Shown piece by piece: positions 1-9,052 of a stretch of DNA of 64,000 bases. The notes beneath the pieces were generated by a model that ran no database searches, had not been told where the DNA came from, and was given only the letters and a program-made list of their open reading frames with translations. The first letter of the stretch is position 1, and each line of letters opens with the position of its first letter. Source of the stretch: an uncultured Bacteroidales bacterium (GTDB taxonomy: Bacteria > Bacteroidota > Bacteroidia > Bacteroidales > FEN-979); contig CAIKNA010000208.1 in NCBI GenBank assembly GCA_903828645.1, positions 1,223 through 65,222 on the forward strand. The letters run 5' to 3'. A program made the position numbers and the translations under genes.

Positions 1-116
1 CTTTTAAAAGTCGCGTGAATGTTCCCAACCATTAGAATTCCCCCGATAAGAAACAGCAAGCCCAGAAAAACAAAAAGTCCTACGATGACCGGACGTTTAT
101 AGGTTGATTCATTCAT
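1..116 (-). CDS. mlaD: MlaD/MCE-family protein, N-terminal part (runs off the window edge)
   Basis: My translation from ATG at 116 gives [38 protein letters not shown], a single N-terminal TM helix with the VGLFV pattern typical of MlaD. It lies directly downstream of mlaE-mlaF. Confidence 0.7.
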   Translation of the reverse strand, partial: MNESTYKRPVIVGLFVFLGLLFLIGGILMVGNIHATFK

Positions 117-119
117 GGT

Positions 120-899
120 TCATTGTATAAAATTATAGCTAAAGAAACGTTTTACCTGTTCATCCTGGGTATTAAATACCTCTTCAAATTTCCCGATCTT
201 CAGGAACCTTCCATCGAGCAACATGGCGGTACGGTTGCCAGTACTTTTGGCACATGTGAGGTCGTGGGTAATAATAACTGAACTGGTTTTATATCTTTTC
301 TGCACGTTGTTAATAAGTTCATTGATTTCTGAACTGGTTACCGGATCAAGACCCGAGGTAGGTTCATCATATAACATTATTTCGGGCTTAAGAATCAAGG
401 TGCGGGCAACCCCAATCCTTTTACGCTGACCACCGGAAAGATCAGAGGGCATCTGATCAGTTTTATCAGGTAAACCCACTGCATCAAGTGCTTCCATAAC
501 GGCATTCTTAATTTCTTTGCTGCCAAGATGTTTAAAATTCATGGTTAAAGGAAATGCAAGATTCTGATAAACACTCATGCTGTCGTATAAAGCGCTGCTT
601 TGAAACGAAAATCCAATTCGTAACCGTAATTCATCCAGTTCTCGTCCTTGTAATTTATCAATATGTTTTCCCAAAACAATCACTTCCCCCTGATCAGGTT
701 TCAGAAGTCCTGCAATGATTTTAATCAGAACTGATTTTCCTGAGCCGGATTTGCCAAGTACGGCCACATTCTCGCCTTTGAACACAGTAAGGTCAATTCC
801 TTTTAAAACATGCAGTTCTCCGAACGATTTAAATAATCCGGTTATAGAAATAACCGATTCGTTGCTGTTTGTAAGATGTTCAAGTTTCGGGGTTTCCAT
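120..899 (-). CDS. mlaF: ABC transporter ATP-binding protein, MlaF/Mkl type
   Basis: Walker A GKSGSGKS, signature LSGGQRKR, Walker B MLYDEPTSGLDP, H-loop ITHD; FQSSALYDSM is typical of MlaF; adjacent to MlaE. Confidence 0.9.
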   Translation of the reverse strand: METPKLEHLTNSNESVISITGLFKSFGELHVLKGIDLTVFKGENVAVLGKSGSGKSVLIKIIAGLLKPDQGEVIVLGKHIDKLQGRELDELRLRIGFSFQSSALYDSMSVYQNLAFPLTMNFKHLGSKEIKNAVMEALDAVGLPDKTDQMPSDLSGGQRKRIGVARTLILKPEIMLYDEPTSGLDPVTSSEINELINNVQKRYKTSSVIITHDLTCAKSTGNRTAMLLDGRFLKIGKFEEVFNTQDEQVKRFFSYNFIQ

Positions 900-904
900 T
901 GCGG

Positions 905-1705
905 TTAAAAATAACGGATCCAGTTGGCTATCTGAACGATGACAATTTCCTCAAGAAAAACGAGAAACATGGCAAGCACCACAGCCTGATTTGCTGCTTT
1001 GCCTACACCACGTGTGCCCTGTGTAGCATTAAAACCCTTGTAACAGCCGATTATGCCAATGGTAAAACCGAATACAATTGTTTTGGTCAGTGAGGTAAAA
1101 AGATCGAGAAATGAGAGGGATTTAAAGGCGCTTTGATAAAAAAGTGTAATACCCGTAGATTCTTCAGCATGAACATTGGTATAAGAACCATAAAGTGCAA
1201 TAAAACTGCAATACAAAGCCAGCAGCGGAATGGTGATGGTGGTTGCCATCACGCGGGTTACAACTAAATATTTATATGGATTTATGGCCGATACTTCCAT
1301 GGCATCTATTTGTTCTGTCACTTTCATAGAACCCAATTCCGCTCCAATGCTTGAACCAACTTTTCCTGCACAAATCAGCGCCGTAACCAAAGGTCCCAGT
1401 GCTTTTACCAATGCAATTCCCATTAAGGACGGCAGCCAGGATGTTGCTCCGAAATCCTCAAGCGAAGGCCGGGATTGTTTTGTGAAAACCACGCCAATAA
1501 TAAAGCCTGTTACTGTGATGAGGGCAAGTGATCTCAACCCGACCTCGAAACACTGGTTGATGACTTCGCGAAAATGAAAAGGCTTTTTAAATGCTTCGAT
1601 GAAAAAACGGGTAGTGAACCTATAAGCCTTGTCAATGCCAATCAGGTAATTGTCAACTGCTTTTGAAAAAACAACCTTTTTTGTCCCGATGGTGTTCATT
1701 TTCAT
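905..1705 (-). CDS. mlaE: MlaE-family ABC permease
   Basis: LGPLVTALICAGKVGSSIGAELGSMKVTEQIDAMEV and GTRGVGKA motifs. Start moved to ATG 1705 from TTG 1750. Confidence 0.9.
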   Translation of the reverse strand: MKMNTIGTKKVVFSKAVDNYLIGIDKAYRFTTRFFIEAFKKPFHFREVINQCFEVGLRSLALITVTGFIIGVVFTKQSRPSLEDFGATSWLPSLMGIALVKALGPLVTALICAGKVGSSIGAELGSMKVTEQIDAMEVSAINPYKYLVVTRVMATTITIPLLALYCSFIALYGSYTNVHAEESTGITLFYQSAFKSLSFLDLFTSLTKTIVFGFTIGIIGCYKGFNATQGTRGVGKAANQAVVLAMFLVFLEEIVIVQIANWIRYF

Positions 1706-1922
1706 TGTGGAATTGCAATCCTTCACGCGCATGCTGTCACAATGGAACAAGAGGATTGATATTGATTAACAAATTTGAGTACTTTCAGCAGGAAAGATGT
1801 TACACAATCCTTGAAATTAGTTACATGTTTCACACATCTTGACATAACGGGCCATACACTCCACTTGTGATGAACCAATTCAACCAAAAACAGTCCATGC
1901 TCAGGGTTTTATATGCATCGCA

Positions 1923-2246
1923 TTAAAGTTCCCTGAACCAAACTTCAAAAGCATTATCAGGACCAGTGAATATTCCACTTTTAAGGGATTCGACCTGTAC
2001 CGGGGTCCTTCTGCCCTCTTCAGTAAGGATTTCCATGGTGGATTTCATTCGTTTTAATAAATGGGAGCTGCCTTTATGTTCCTTAACCACCGATTTCTGA
2101 TCCGCGTGAAGATCAAAGGCACTTTTAATTTCACCAACAACAAATTCATCAACTTCATGCCTCTATGGTGGCCGAAAATTAAACTAGATTGTTGCAATCC
2201 TCTTTCCAACTAATCCTTTGATCCTATCTAAAGTCCATATTTTGTA
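1923..2246 (-). pseudogene. Degraded remnant of a hypothetical gene
   Basis: One minus-strand frame reads KIWTLDRIKGLVGKRIATI*FNFRPP*RHEVDEFVVGEIKSAFDL...EILTEEGRRTPVQ...FEVWFREL*. This is protein-like, with two in-frame stops and no usable start. Confidence 0.35.
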
Positions 2247-2763
2247 TTACCTTGAAAGACTGCCTGATTCATTTCCTCTAATGTTACCAATTGCTATATC
2301 CAGGGATTGATTAACCGGCATCGCCAGGGTTAACCAAGTTACATGATCAAAGTTTGGCGAATTTTCAGCATTATTCTGATAATTCTGTAGGCGTCTTCTC
2401 TCCCTCATTCGATTGTTGTTTTTTCATGGTCAAATATATTTAGTGTTATTGATTTAACTTTGACCCAGCTATTTGAACAGACTCCTTTCATGCCGAAAAA
2501 GCAAATATTCTTTCCTGTTGTTGAGTTCACAACACTAAAACAGGTAATCTTTCCGACTATCAAAACATTGTGTATGATGCTTATATACAATGTTTTGACG
2601 GCTTTATTCATACCGTTATTGCAGATTTACGGATAACAAGTAAAATTTTCGTGTTCCTGTCATTTGGTCCTGGTATTTTATGGTAATTTTACGCTTACTA
2701 AATATCATAATTCTCATATTTTCTCTATCATCGTGTTAATTCTCTGCTTTAAAATCAAATTAC

Positions 2764-5700
2764 ATGAAAAAAGTATCATTAATATCGTTGTTGTTGTTTT
2801 TGGCCTCCTCCTTGTTTTCTCAGGTATGGCTGGCCAACTTGCCGCAAGGGAAAACCAAGGCAGAATTGACATTTTTTGATTACAGGAATGCTTTTTATTC
2901 CTATTGGGCCCCGTACAAGGTTGACACCGGGTATTACGTTGAAAACGGTGTGAAAAAGAAAGCTGCTGGGTGGAAGCAGTTCAAACGCTGGGAGTATGAT
3001 ATGGAACGGCAAATAAATCCGGCGACGGGGGAATTTCCCCGACGTACAGCACAGGAGATTTATGAAGCTTACCTGGACTCCATTCCACCTTCAAGATCGA
3101 CCCTCCAGGCAAACTGGACTTCCCTGGGGCCTGTAAGTACAGGGAACGGTTACGTGACAATCGGCCGCGTAAATTGTATCTCCTTTCATCCGACAGACAA
3201 CAATACCTATTGGGTTGGTGCCGCATCCGGAGGTTTGTGGGTGACAACAACAAATGGATCAAGCTGGACTTGTTTAACTGACCACAACGGGGTCCTTGCC
3301 GTCAGTGATGTCCTCATTCCCACAGATTTTGCCACGTCAAATACAATATACATCGCGACCGGCGATCGGGATCACTGGGATAACCTAAGCATCGGGGTGC
3401 TTAAATCAACAAACGGGGGATTAACCTGGAATACAACAGGCATTACCTATTCCTTCGGTACCGGAAAAATGGTTTACCGCCTGTTGTCCGATCCCGGGAA
3501 CAACCAAACGTTACTGGCATCTACCTCGGATGGGGTTTTCAAATCGACAAACGGAGGCACTACCTGGAATACAAAATTAACATCCACTGTTTTCAGGGAC
3601 ATGGAATATAAGCCGGGTGACGCAAACACATTGTATGGCTCAACTCTGGATGGAAAAATATACCTTTCTTCAAATGGCGGAGGAACATGGACTCTGGTAT
3701 TCAGCAATGCAAGTGCCCGCTGGATAGACCTGTCCGTATCACCGAATCAGCCAACATGGGTATATGCAGTTGCTGCAGCATCCACTTACGGGTTATCTGG
3801 AATCTACAAATCCACAACAAGCGGAACAACTTTCTCGTTGGTTTTCGATGGAACAACAGCGTGCCATAATCTATTGGGTTACGATACATGTCAAACAGGT
3901 GGTCAGGCCTGGTACGACCTTGCCTTTGCAGTTTCCCCTACAGATGCGAATACTTTATTTGTCGGAGGAATCATCTCATGGAAGTCCATAAACGGGGGGA
4001 ATTCATGGGCTGTAATAAACTCTTATAACACTCATGTTGATAAACACATGCTCCGGTACCGAACCGATGGGAAATTATTTGAATGCAGCGATGGGGGTGT
4101 GAATAGCTCCTCCGACAATGGGATCACATGGAACAATGTGTCCGGCGGCCTGGTTATCAGCCAGATGTATAAGCTTGGCGTTTCGGGTACTGTATCGGGA
4201 GATGTAATTACCGGCTTGCAGGACAACAATACCCAGCTAATGTCAGGCGGCAACTGGTCTACTGTGACAGGGGGTGACGGGATGGATTGCATCATTGATT
4301 ACTCGGATGTGAATGTTCAATACAGCTCGACACAAAACGGTGGGGTAATCTACAGGACTACAGACCATTGGGCAAGCTTATCTACAATAACCCCGGCAAG
4401 TGCCGGTACCGGGGGGTGGGTGACTCCCTATATCCTTGATCCTACGAACAATCAAGTTTTATACGCCGGGTATTCAGATGTTTGGAAAACTACCAACCGG
4501 GGAGATACATGGACCAAAATTTCCACCATGAACACAACGAACTATCTCCAGTCGATGGCCATTGCCCCCTCAAATCCCCAATGTTTATTTGTTGCGGATT
4601 ACAACCACATCTGGACAACCACTAACGGAGGAACTTCCTGGACCAATGTTACCGGGACATTGCCGGTAAGTTCCAGCTACATTACCTCCATCGCTGTAAA
4701 AAATGATGATGCAAGTACGGTTTGGATCACCTTGAGCGGGTACAATGCAACTAAAGTTTACCAATCTGTTAATGGCGGATCAACCTGGACAAACATTTCA
4801 GCCGGGTTACCGTCTATCCCTGCTTATTCCATTGTTCAAAATAAACAATCAACAGGTGAAGTGCAGTTATATGCCGGCACCGAGCTTGGGGTCTATTTCA
4901 AAAAGGGTTCCGATAATTGGATTCCATACAACACCGGGCTGCCAAATGCGAAAATTGGTGAAATTGAAATTTACTATTCCGGAAATCCCCAGGAAAGCAA
5001 GTTGAGGGCGGCTACTTTTGCCAGGGGCCTCTGGGAAACCCCCCTCTATTATCTCTCGACCCCCATGGTGTATGGTTCGTGCACAACAACACAAACCAAC
5101 ACGACTTCGGTAAATCCAAATCAGGCAAACCAGGTCATCATAGGGGTTGAAGTAGTTACGAGCGGCGACCTCACCCCTTTGAGCGCCACTTCATTTACGT
5201 TCAACACTATCGGAACGACCAATCCCTCCGCCGATATTTCTGGTGCAAAGCTTTTTTATACCGGGCCGGAAAGAATATTTGCACCAACCACACAGGTTGG
5301 TTCCACGGTACCCAATCCGAACGGTTCGTTTACCATCACCGGAAACCAACTCCTAAACAATGGCACCAATTTTTTCTGGCTGACCTACGACATTCCGGCA
5401 ACAGTAGCCATGAATGATTTCCTCGATGCCCAGTGCACATCACTGACAGTGGGGACATCTAAAACACCCACAGTTACAAATCCAACCGGGAACAGGCAGG
5501 TTGTTTTAACTTATTGTAATGCCGGATCAACCTCCTCCAACGCCGGGTATATTTCAAGGGTCAGGCTGGGCTCAATAGATCAGTCATCCACCTATGGGGC
5601 GGGCGGGTATGAAGATTATACCGCGCAGGCCACAACTGTCCAGATCGGCTCCAGTTACAACATCTCAATAAACAGGTCGGCATGGTTTACAAGGGATTCT

Positions 5701-7275
5701 CTTTTAATCTGGATTGACTGGAACAGGGATGGAGATTTTGGAGAAGCTGGGGAAAATATCTATTCCTCAACCGCTTCTTATAGTTCCTATTCAACGAATT
5801 TCATTCCTCCACCCGGTTCATATATCGGTACGACGAGAATGCGGCTCAGGTCATTGTACAACGCGTACTCACCAAACCCTGCTCCCTGCGGCAACTCTTA
5901 CTATGGCGAAGTGGAAGATTATTCGATCATTGTTGCCCCGCCATGTACACCTCCGTCAGCCCAGGCAAGTGTTTTTACTTCATCTGCCATCACAGGCACA
6001 TCCATGACTGCAGGCTGGACCCATGGAACCGGAACATCCGTGCTGGTGATCGCCCGGCAAGGCAGTCCTGTAAATACGGATCCTGTGAATGGGATCACCT
6101 ATGCAGCAAACGCTTCATTTGGCAGCGGAACACAGATCGGAACAGGAAATTTCGTTGTGTATAACGGGACAGGAACCTCTGTCAATGTTACCAGCCTGGT
6201 GTCAGAAACTACGTATTACTATGCAGTTTACGAATACAACTCAACATATAGTTGTTATCTGAAACCTGCCCTTGCAGCCAGTGCAATTACCGGTGTTTGC
6301 TCTTATTGTGCCTGCTCGGGCAACATGACGTTCAGCACCGGGATTACGACGGTGAATTTCAACACGATCAACAATGTAACAGCAAAACCAGCTGGATACA
6401 ACGACTATACGGGCTTGTCAACGACTGTAAACAAAAACTCGTCGTACAACCTTTCGGTCAATGTAAATACCGACGGTAACTATACCATCCATGCCCTCGC
6501 CTGGATCGACTGGAACAAGGACTGTGACTTTTCAGACGCCGGAGAAACCTACGACCTGGGAACTGCCACCAATGTGGCGAACGGGGTCACTAATTTAAGT
6601 CCGTTGAGTATTGTAATTCCTGAAACAGCACGCACCGGAGTGACAAGAATCAGGGTTGCTGCAAAGTTTGGCAGCAATCCGGGTTTGTGTGAAACCCTGT
6701 TTGACGGAGAAGTTGAAGATTATTCATTGAATGTATTGCCTCCGTTTATTCCTGCTACTACAACGGCAACCGGTACTGTAAGCGGTGCCATGTGCTATAA
6801 TGCCACCCAGTCAATCACCGTTGCAGGGAATGGGAACACTTTTACGGTTCAGCCTGGTGGCAGTGCCACGATGATTGCAGGCCAGAACATCCATTTTTTA
6901 CCCACTGTTAATGTTGTATCAAGTGGCTATCTTCATGGGTATATAGATCCTGTTAACCAGTCCTGCCTGGCACCGCTCATTCCGGAAAATCAGTCAGGTG
7001 AAGAGGACGTTGCGATTCCGGGAAAGCAAGCATCATCGCTCAGGGTATATCCCAACCCGACAAAAGGAAGCTTCGTACTTGAGATCAACGACGCAATCAC
7101 AGATGATCACATCAGGATTGATCTTTTCAGGATGGACGGAAAAAAAATCTTTTCTAAAGTTTTGATCGGAGAGTACAGGCACGAATTCTCACTATCAGAC
7201 CAGCCGGCAGGAGTTTACTTTATCCGGGTTATATCGGGTGGAAAGGTTGAAACTGCAAAGATTATCAGGCAATAG
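2764..7275 (+). CDS. Large T9SS-secreted protein: BNR/Asp-box (VPS10-like) beta-propeller, BNR-associated N-type domain, two GEVED domains, FN3-like domain, T9SS C-terminal domain
   Basis: Signal peptide; many SxNGGxTW Asp-box repeats; two WIDWNxD...GEVEDY segments; C-terminal VYPNP...GVYFIRV...AKIIRQ sorting domain. Confidence 0.85.
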   Translation: MKKVSLISLLLFLASSLFSQVWLANLPQGKTKAELTFFDYRNAFYSYWAPYKVDTGYYVENGVKKKAAGWKQFKRWEYDMERQINPATGEFPRRTAQEIYEAYLDSIPPSRSTLQANWTSLGPVSTGNGYVTIGRVNCISFHPTDNNTYWVGAASGGLWVTTTNGSSWTCLTDHNGVLAVSDVLIPTDFATSNTIYIATGDRDHWDNLSIGVLKSTNGGLTWNTTGITYSFGTGKMVYRLLSDPGNNQTLLASTSDGVFKSTNGGTTWNTKLTSTVFRDMEYKPGDANTLYGSTLDGKIYLSSNGGGTWTLVFSNASARWIDLSVSPNQPTWVYAVAAASTYGLSGIYKSTTSGTTFSLVFDGTTACHNLLGYDTCQTGGQAWYDLAFAVSPTDANTLFVGGIISWKSINGGNSWAVINSYNTHVDKHMLRYRTDGKLFECSDGGVNSSSDNGITWNNVSGGLVISQMYKLGVSGTVSGDVITGLQDNNTQLMSGGNWSTVTGGDGMDCIIDYSDVNVQYSSTQNGGVIYRTTDHWASLSTITPASAGTGGWVTPYILDPTNNQVLYAGYSDVWKTTNRGDTWTKISTMNTTNYLQSMAIAPSNPQCLFVADYNHIWTTTNGGTSWTNVTGTLPVSSSYITSIAVKNDDASTVWITLSGYNATKVYQSVNGGSTWTNISAGLPSIPAYSIVQNKQSTGEVQLYAGTELGVYFKKGSDNWIPYNTGLPNAKIGEIEIYYSGNPQESKLRAATFARGLWETPLYYLSTPMVYGSCTTTQTNTTSVNPNQANQVIIGVEVVTSGDLTPLSATSFTFNTIGTTNPSADISGAKLFYTGPERIFAPTTQVGSTVPNPNGSFTITGNQLLNNGTNFFWLTYDIPATVAMNDFLDAQCTSLTVGTSKTPTVTNPTGNRQVVLTYCNAGSTSSNAGYISRVRLGSIDQSSTYGAGGYEDYTAQATTVQIGSSYNISINRSAWFTRDSLLIWIDWNRDGDFGEAGENIYSSTASYSSYSTNFIPPPGSYIGTTRMRLRSLYNAYSPNPAPCGNSYYGEVEDYSIIVAPPCTPPSAQASVFTSSAITGTSMTAGWTHGTGTSVLVIARQGSPVNTDPVNGITYAANASFGSGTQIGTGNFVVYNGTGTSVNVTSLVSETTYYYAVYEYNSTYSCYLKPALAASAITGVCSYCACSGNMTFSTGITTVNFNTINNVTAKPAGYNDYTGLSTTVNKNSSYNLSVNVNTDGNYTIHALAWIDWNKDCDFSDAGETYDLGTATNVANGVTNLSPLSIVIPETARTGVTRIRVAAKFGSNPGLCETLFDGEVEDYSLNVLPPFIPATTTATGTVSGAMCYNATQSITVAGNGNTFTVQPGGSATMIAGQNIHFLPTVNVVSSGYLHGYIDPVNQSCLAPLIPENQSGEEDVAIPGKQASSLRVYPNPTKGSFVLEINDAITDDHIRIDLFRMDGKKIFSKVLIGEYRHEFSLSDQPAGVYFIRVISGGKVETAKIIRQ

Positions 7276-7357
7276 GGCGTATGGTCTTCCCCAATAAGTG
7301 ATTAAGTTGCCTAGCCAATAGGTTGCAATTTTTTAGGTGTATTTGCAGGCATTTGCC

Positions 7358-7389
7358 AAAAAAAGGGTTTCAGAATTTCTGAAACCCTT
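7358..7389 (-). terminator. Rho-independent terminator downstream of tRNA-Gly
   Basis: Inverted repeat AAGGGTTTCAGAA / TTCTGAAACCCTT running into a T-tract on the minus strand. Confidence 0.7.
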
Positions 7390-7400
7390 GATACTGTAAG

Positions 7401-7473
7401 AGCGGTAAATGGGATTCGGACCCACGACCCTCAGCTTGGGAAGCTGATGCTCTACCAACTGAGCTACTACCGC
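7401..7473 (-). tRNA. tRNA-Gly(CCC) with a non-canonical T-loop
   Basis: Reverse complement is GCGGTAGTAGCTCAGTTGGTAGAGCATCAGCTTCCCAAGCTGAGGGTCGTGGGTCCGAATCCCATTTACCGCT. It folds as a cloverleaf with anticodon arm TCAGC-TTCCCAA-GCTGA; CCA is not encoded. Confidence 0.9.
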
Positions 7474-7651
7474 ATGTGTTGGTAATCAATATATAAATGG
7501 AAAATGTTTATGTCAAAACATTGCTTAAATCTCCATCTTAATCAGACAAATGTAAGAATTAAAACAACACTTGTCACCTGGAAAGAAAAAAAACATTGAT
7601 AATTGTCCGATACCTGAAACGCAAATTGAAAACCCGCAATAACAAGAATGA

Positions 7652-7834
7652 GTGTATAGGTATTCTAAAAAGGCGATGCACTTTTCTTTGATGACAGCTA
7701 CTCCAGGTGAAACTGATCTGAAAATTATAAAGAAAGTCAAAGATTCCAACGCTTTGATTGAAATTTCGGTTCTCAATCATATCATTGTTGCCCGGGATGG
7801 TAACTTTTTATTTGCAGATGAAGGTTCCTTATGA
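7652..7834 (+). pseudogene. radC: RadC/JAB-domain C-terminal remnant
   Basis: PGETDLKIIKKVKDSNALIEISVLNHIIVARDGNFLFADEGSL follows the RadC C-terminal pattern (PSxxD...LLDHxI...SFADEG). The HNHPS metal motif and the N-terminal half are lost. Confidence 0.65.
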
Positions 7835-7839
7835 TTTCT

Positions 7840-7863
7840 GGCCCCTGGAAACCGGGGCCTTTA
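7840..7863 (+). terminator. Hairpin / putative terminator after the radC remnant
   Basis: GGCCCCTGG-AAA-CCGGGGCC followed by TTT. Confidence 0.5.
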
Positions 7864-8239
7864 TTCTCGAACCTACATCATGAATTGTAAAACCCGGCCG
7901 GGAGAAATATTTTTGAGATATTTTTTTGCAATTGGAATAATTACAGGCTATTAAACTTATCTTTACGATATAAAACCCATATGAAAAGTATCTAAATGTG
8001 TGTTTGCCTAGTGTTCAATATGATCATGACATTCAGCCTTATATTACAGATCAAATAGTTATCGCTGAAAAATCATTATTATCTAAAGTTTTCTGGAATT
8101 TTCATCAATTACCGTTGGTATTCATTGCATGTTATAATTAAAAAATTGAATAACCATTAAATAAACCTGCATCTGACAAATCGTTGGAGTGAAAATGATA
8201 CCACCAAAAGAATAAGTTTAACTTAAAAACTTGATACAT

Positions 8240-8935
8240 ATGAAAACATTAACAACAATCCGGATCTATTCTTTGTTAATTATTGGAGTGATTTTCATGG
8301 CAACTTACGGCTGCGAAAAAAAGGAAAACTCAACAATACCCATAACCGACATTGATGGGAATGTTTACCATTCTGTTACGATTGGGAATCAGACATGGAT
8401 GGTTGAGAACCTGAAAACAACAAGATACAACGATGGTTCAGCAATCCCGCTAATTGCAGATAGTGCTGCATGGGTTAACATAATTTACTCGAGCACTCCC
8501 GGATATTGCTGGTATAAGAATAATGCTGCAAATTATAAAAATACCTATGGAGCAATTTATAACTGGTATGCTATAAATACCGGTAAACTTGCACCCATTG
8601 GCTGGCATATCCCTTCCGATGCCGAATGGACAATACTGACTGCCTTTTTGGGTGGTGATAGTTTGGCAGGAAAGAAAATGAAGGAAGCAGGTACATCTCA
8701 TTGGAAAGTTTTTAATACTGGTGACAACATCAGTGGTTTCTCAGCACTTCCGGGCGGAATGCGTCCTTATGATGGCTCTTTCGTTGGAATAGGTGAAATT
8801 GGTTACTGGTGGTCGGTTACCGCATACGATTCAGGCAGCGCATGGGTACGTAACCTTGATGGTGGTACTACGATGGTGACCCGTAACAATTATGGCAAGA
8901 CCCTCGGTTGTAGTATCAGATGCATCAAGGATTAG
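8240..8935 (+). CDS. FISUMP (Fibrobacter succinogenes major paralogous domain) lipoprotein
   Basis: Lipobox-like ATYGC; DIDGNVYHSVTIGNQTWMVENL, YGAIYNW, PIGWHIPSDAEW, GFSALPGG, SIRCIKD. Confidence 0.9.
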   Translation: MKTLTTIRIYSLLIIGVIFMATYGCEKKENSTIPITDIDGNVYHSVTIGNQTWMVENLKTTRYNDGSAIPLIADSAAWVNIIYSSTPGYCWYKNNAANYKNTYGAIYNWYAINTGKLAPIGWHIPSDAEWTILTAFLGGDSLAGKKMKEAGTSHWKVFNTGDNISGFSALPGGMRPYDGSFVGIGEIGYWWSVTAYDSGSAWVRNLDGGTTMVTRNNYGKTLGCSIRCIKD

Positions 8936-9052
8936 GGTTCTATGAAAACTATAATTTCACCCCGAAGACAGAAATGTATCCTTTTGTGTTATCAGATCTT
9001 TAAAGTGCAAGCCAAACAAAAATGTTTTCTAACAACATTTTAAACAAAGAAG

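Noticed and set aside
1984-1996. GGGATTCGACC as a duplicated tRNA 3' end (att site)
   Set aside because: Only about 8 nt match the tRNA T-arm and the acceptor-stem sequence is absent; consistent with chance.
2405-2611. 68-aa ORF upstream of the large surface protein
   Set aside because: AT-rich, no motif, no supporting context; not called.
8183-8218. Third copy of the leader pseudoknot motif before the FISUMP lipoprotein
   Set aside because: GTGAAAA...AGAATAAG is only vaguely similar; it lacks the GCY/RGC pairing and the 12-nt loop geometry.
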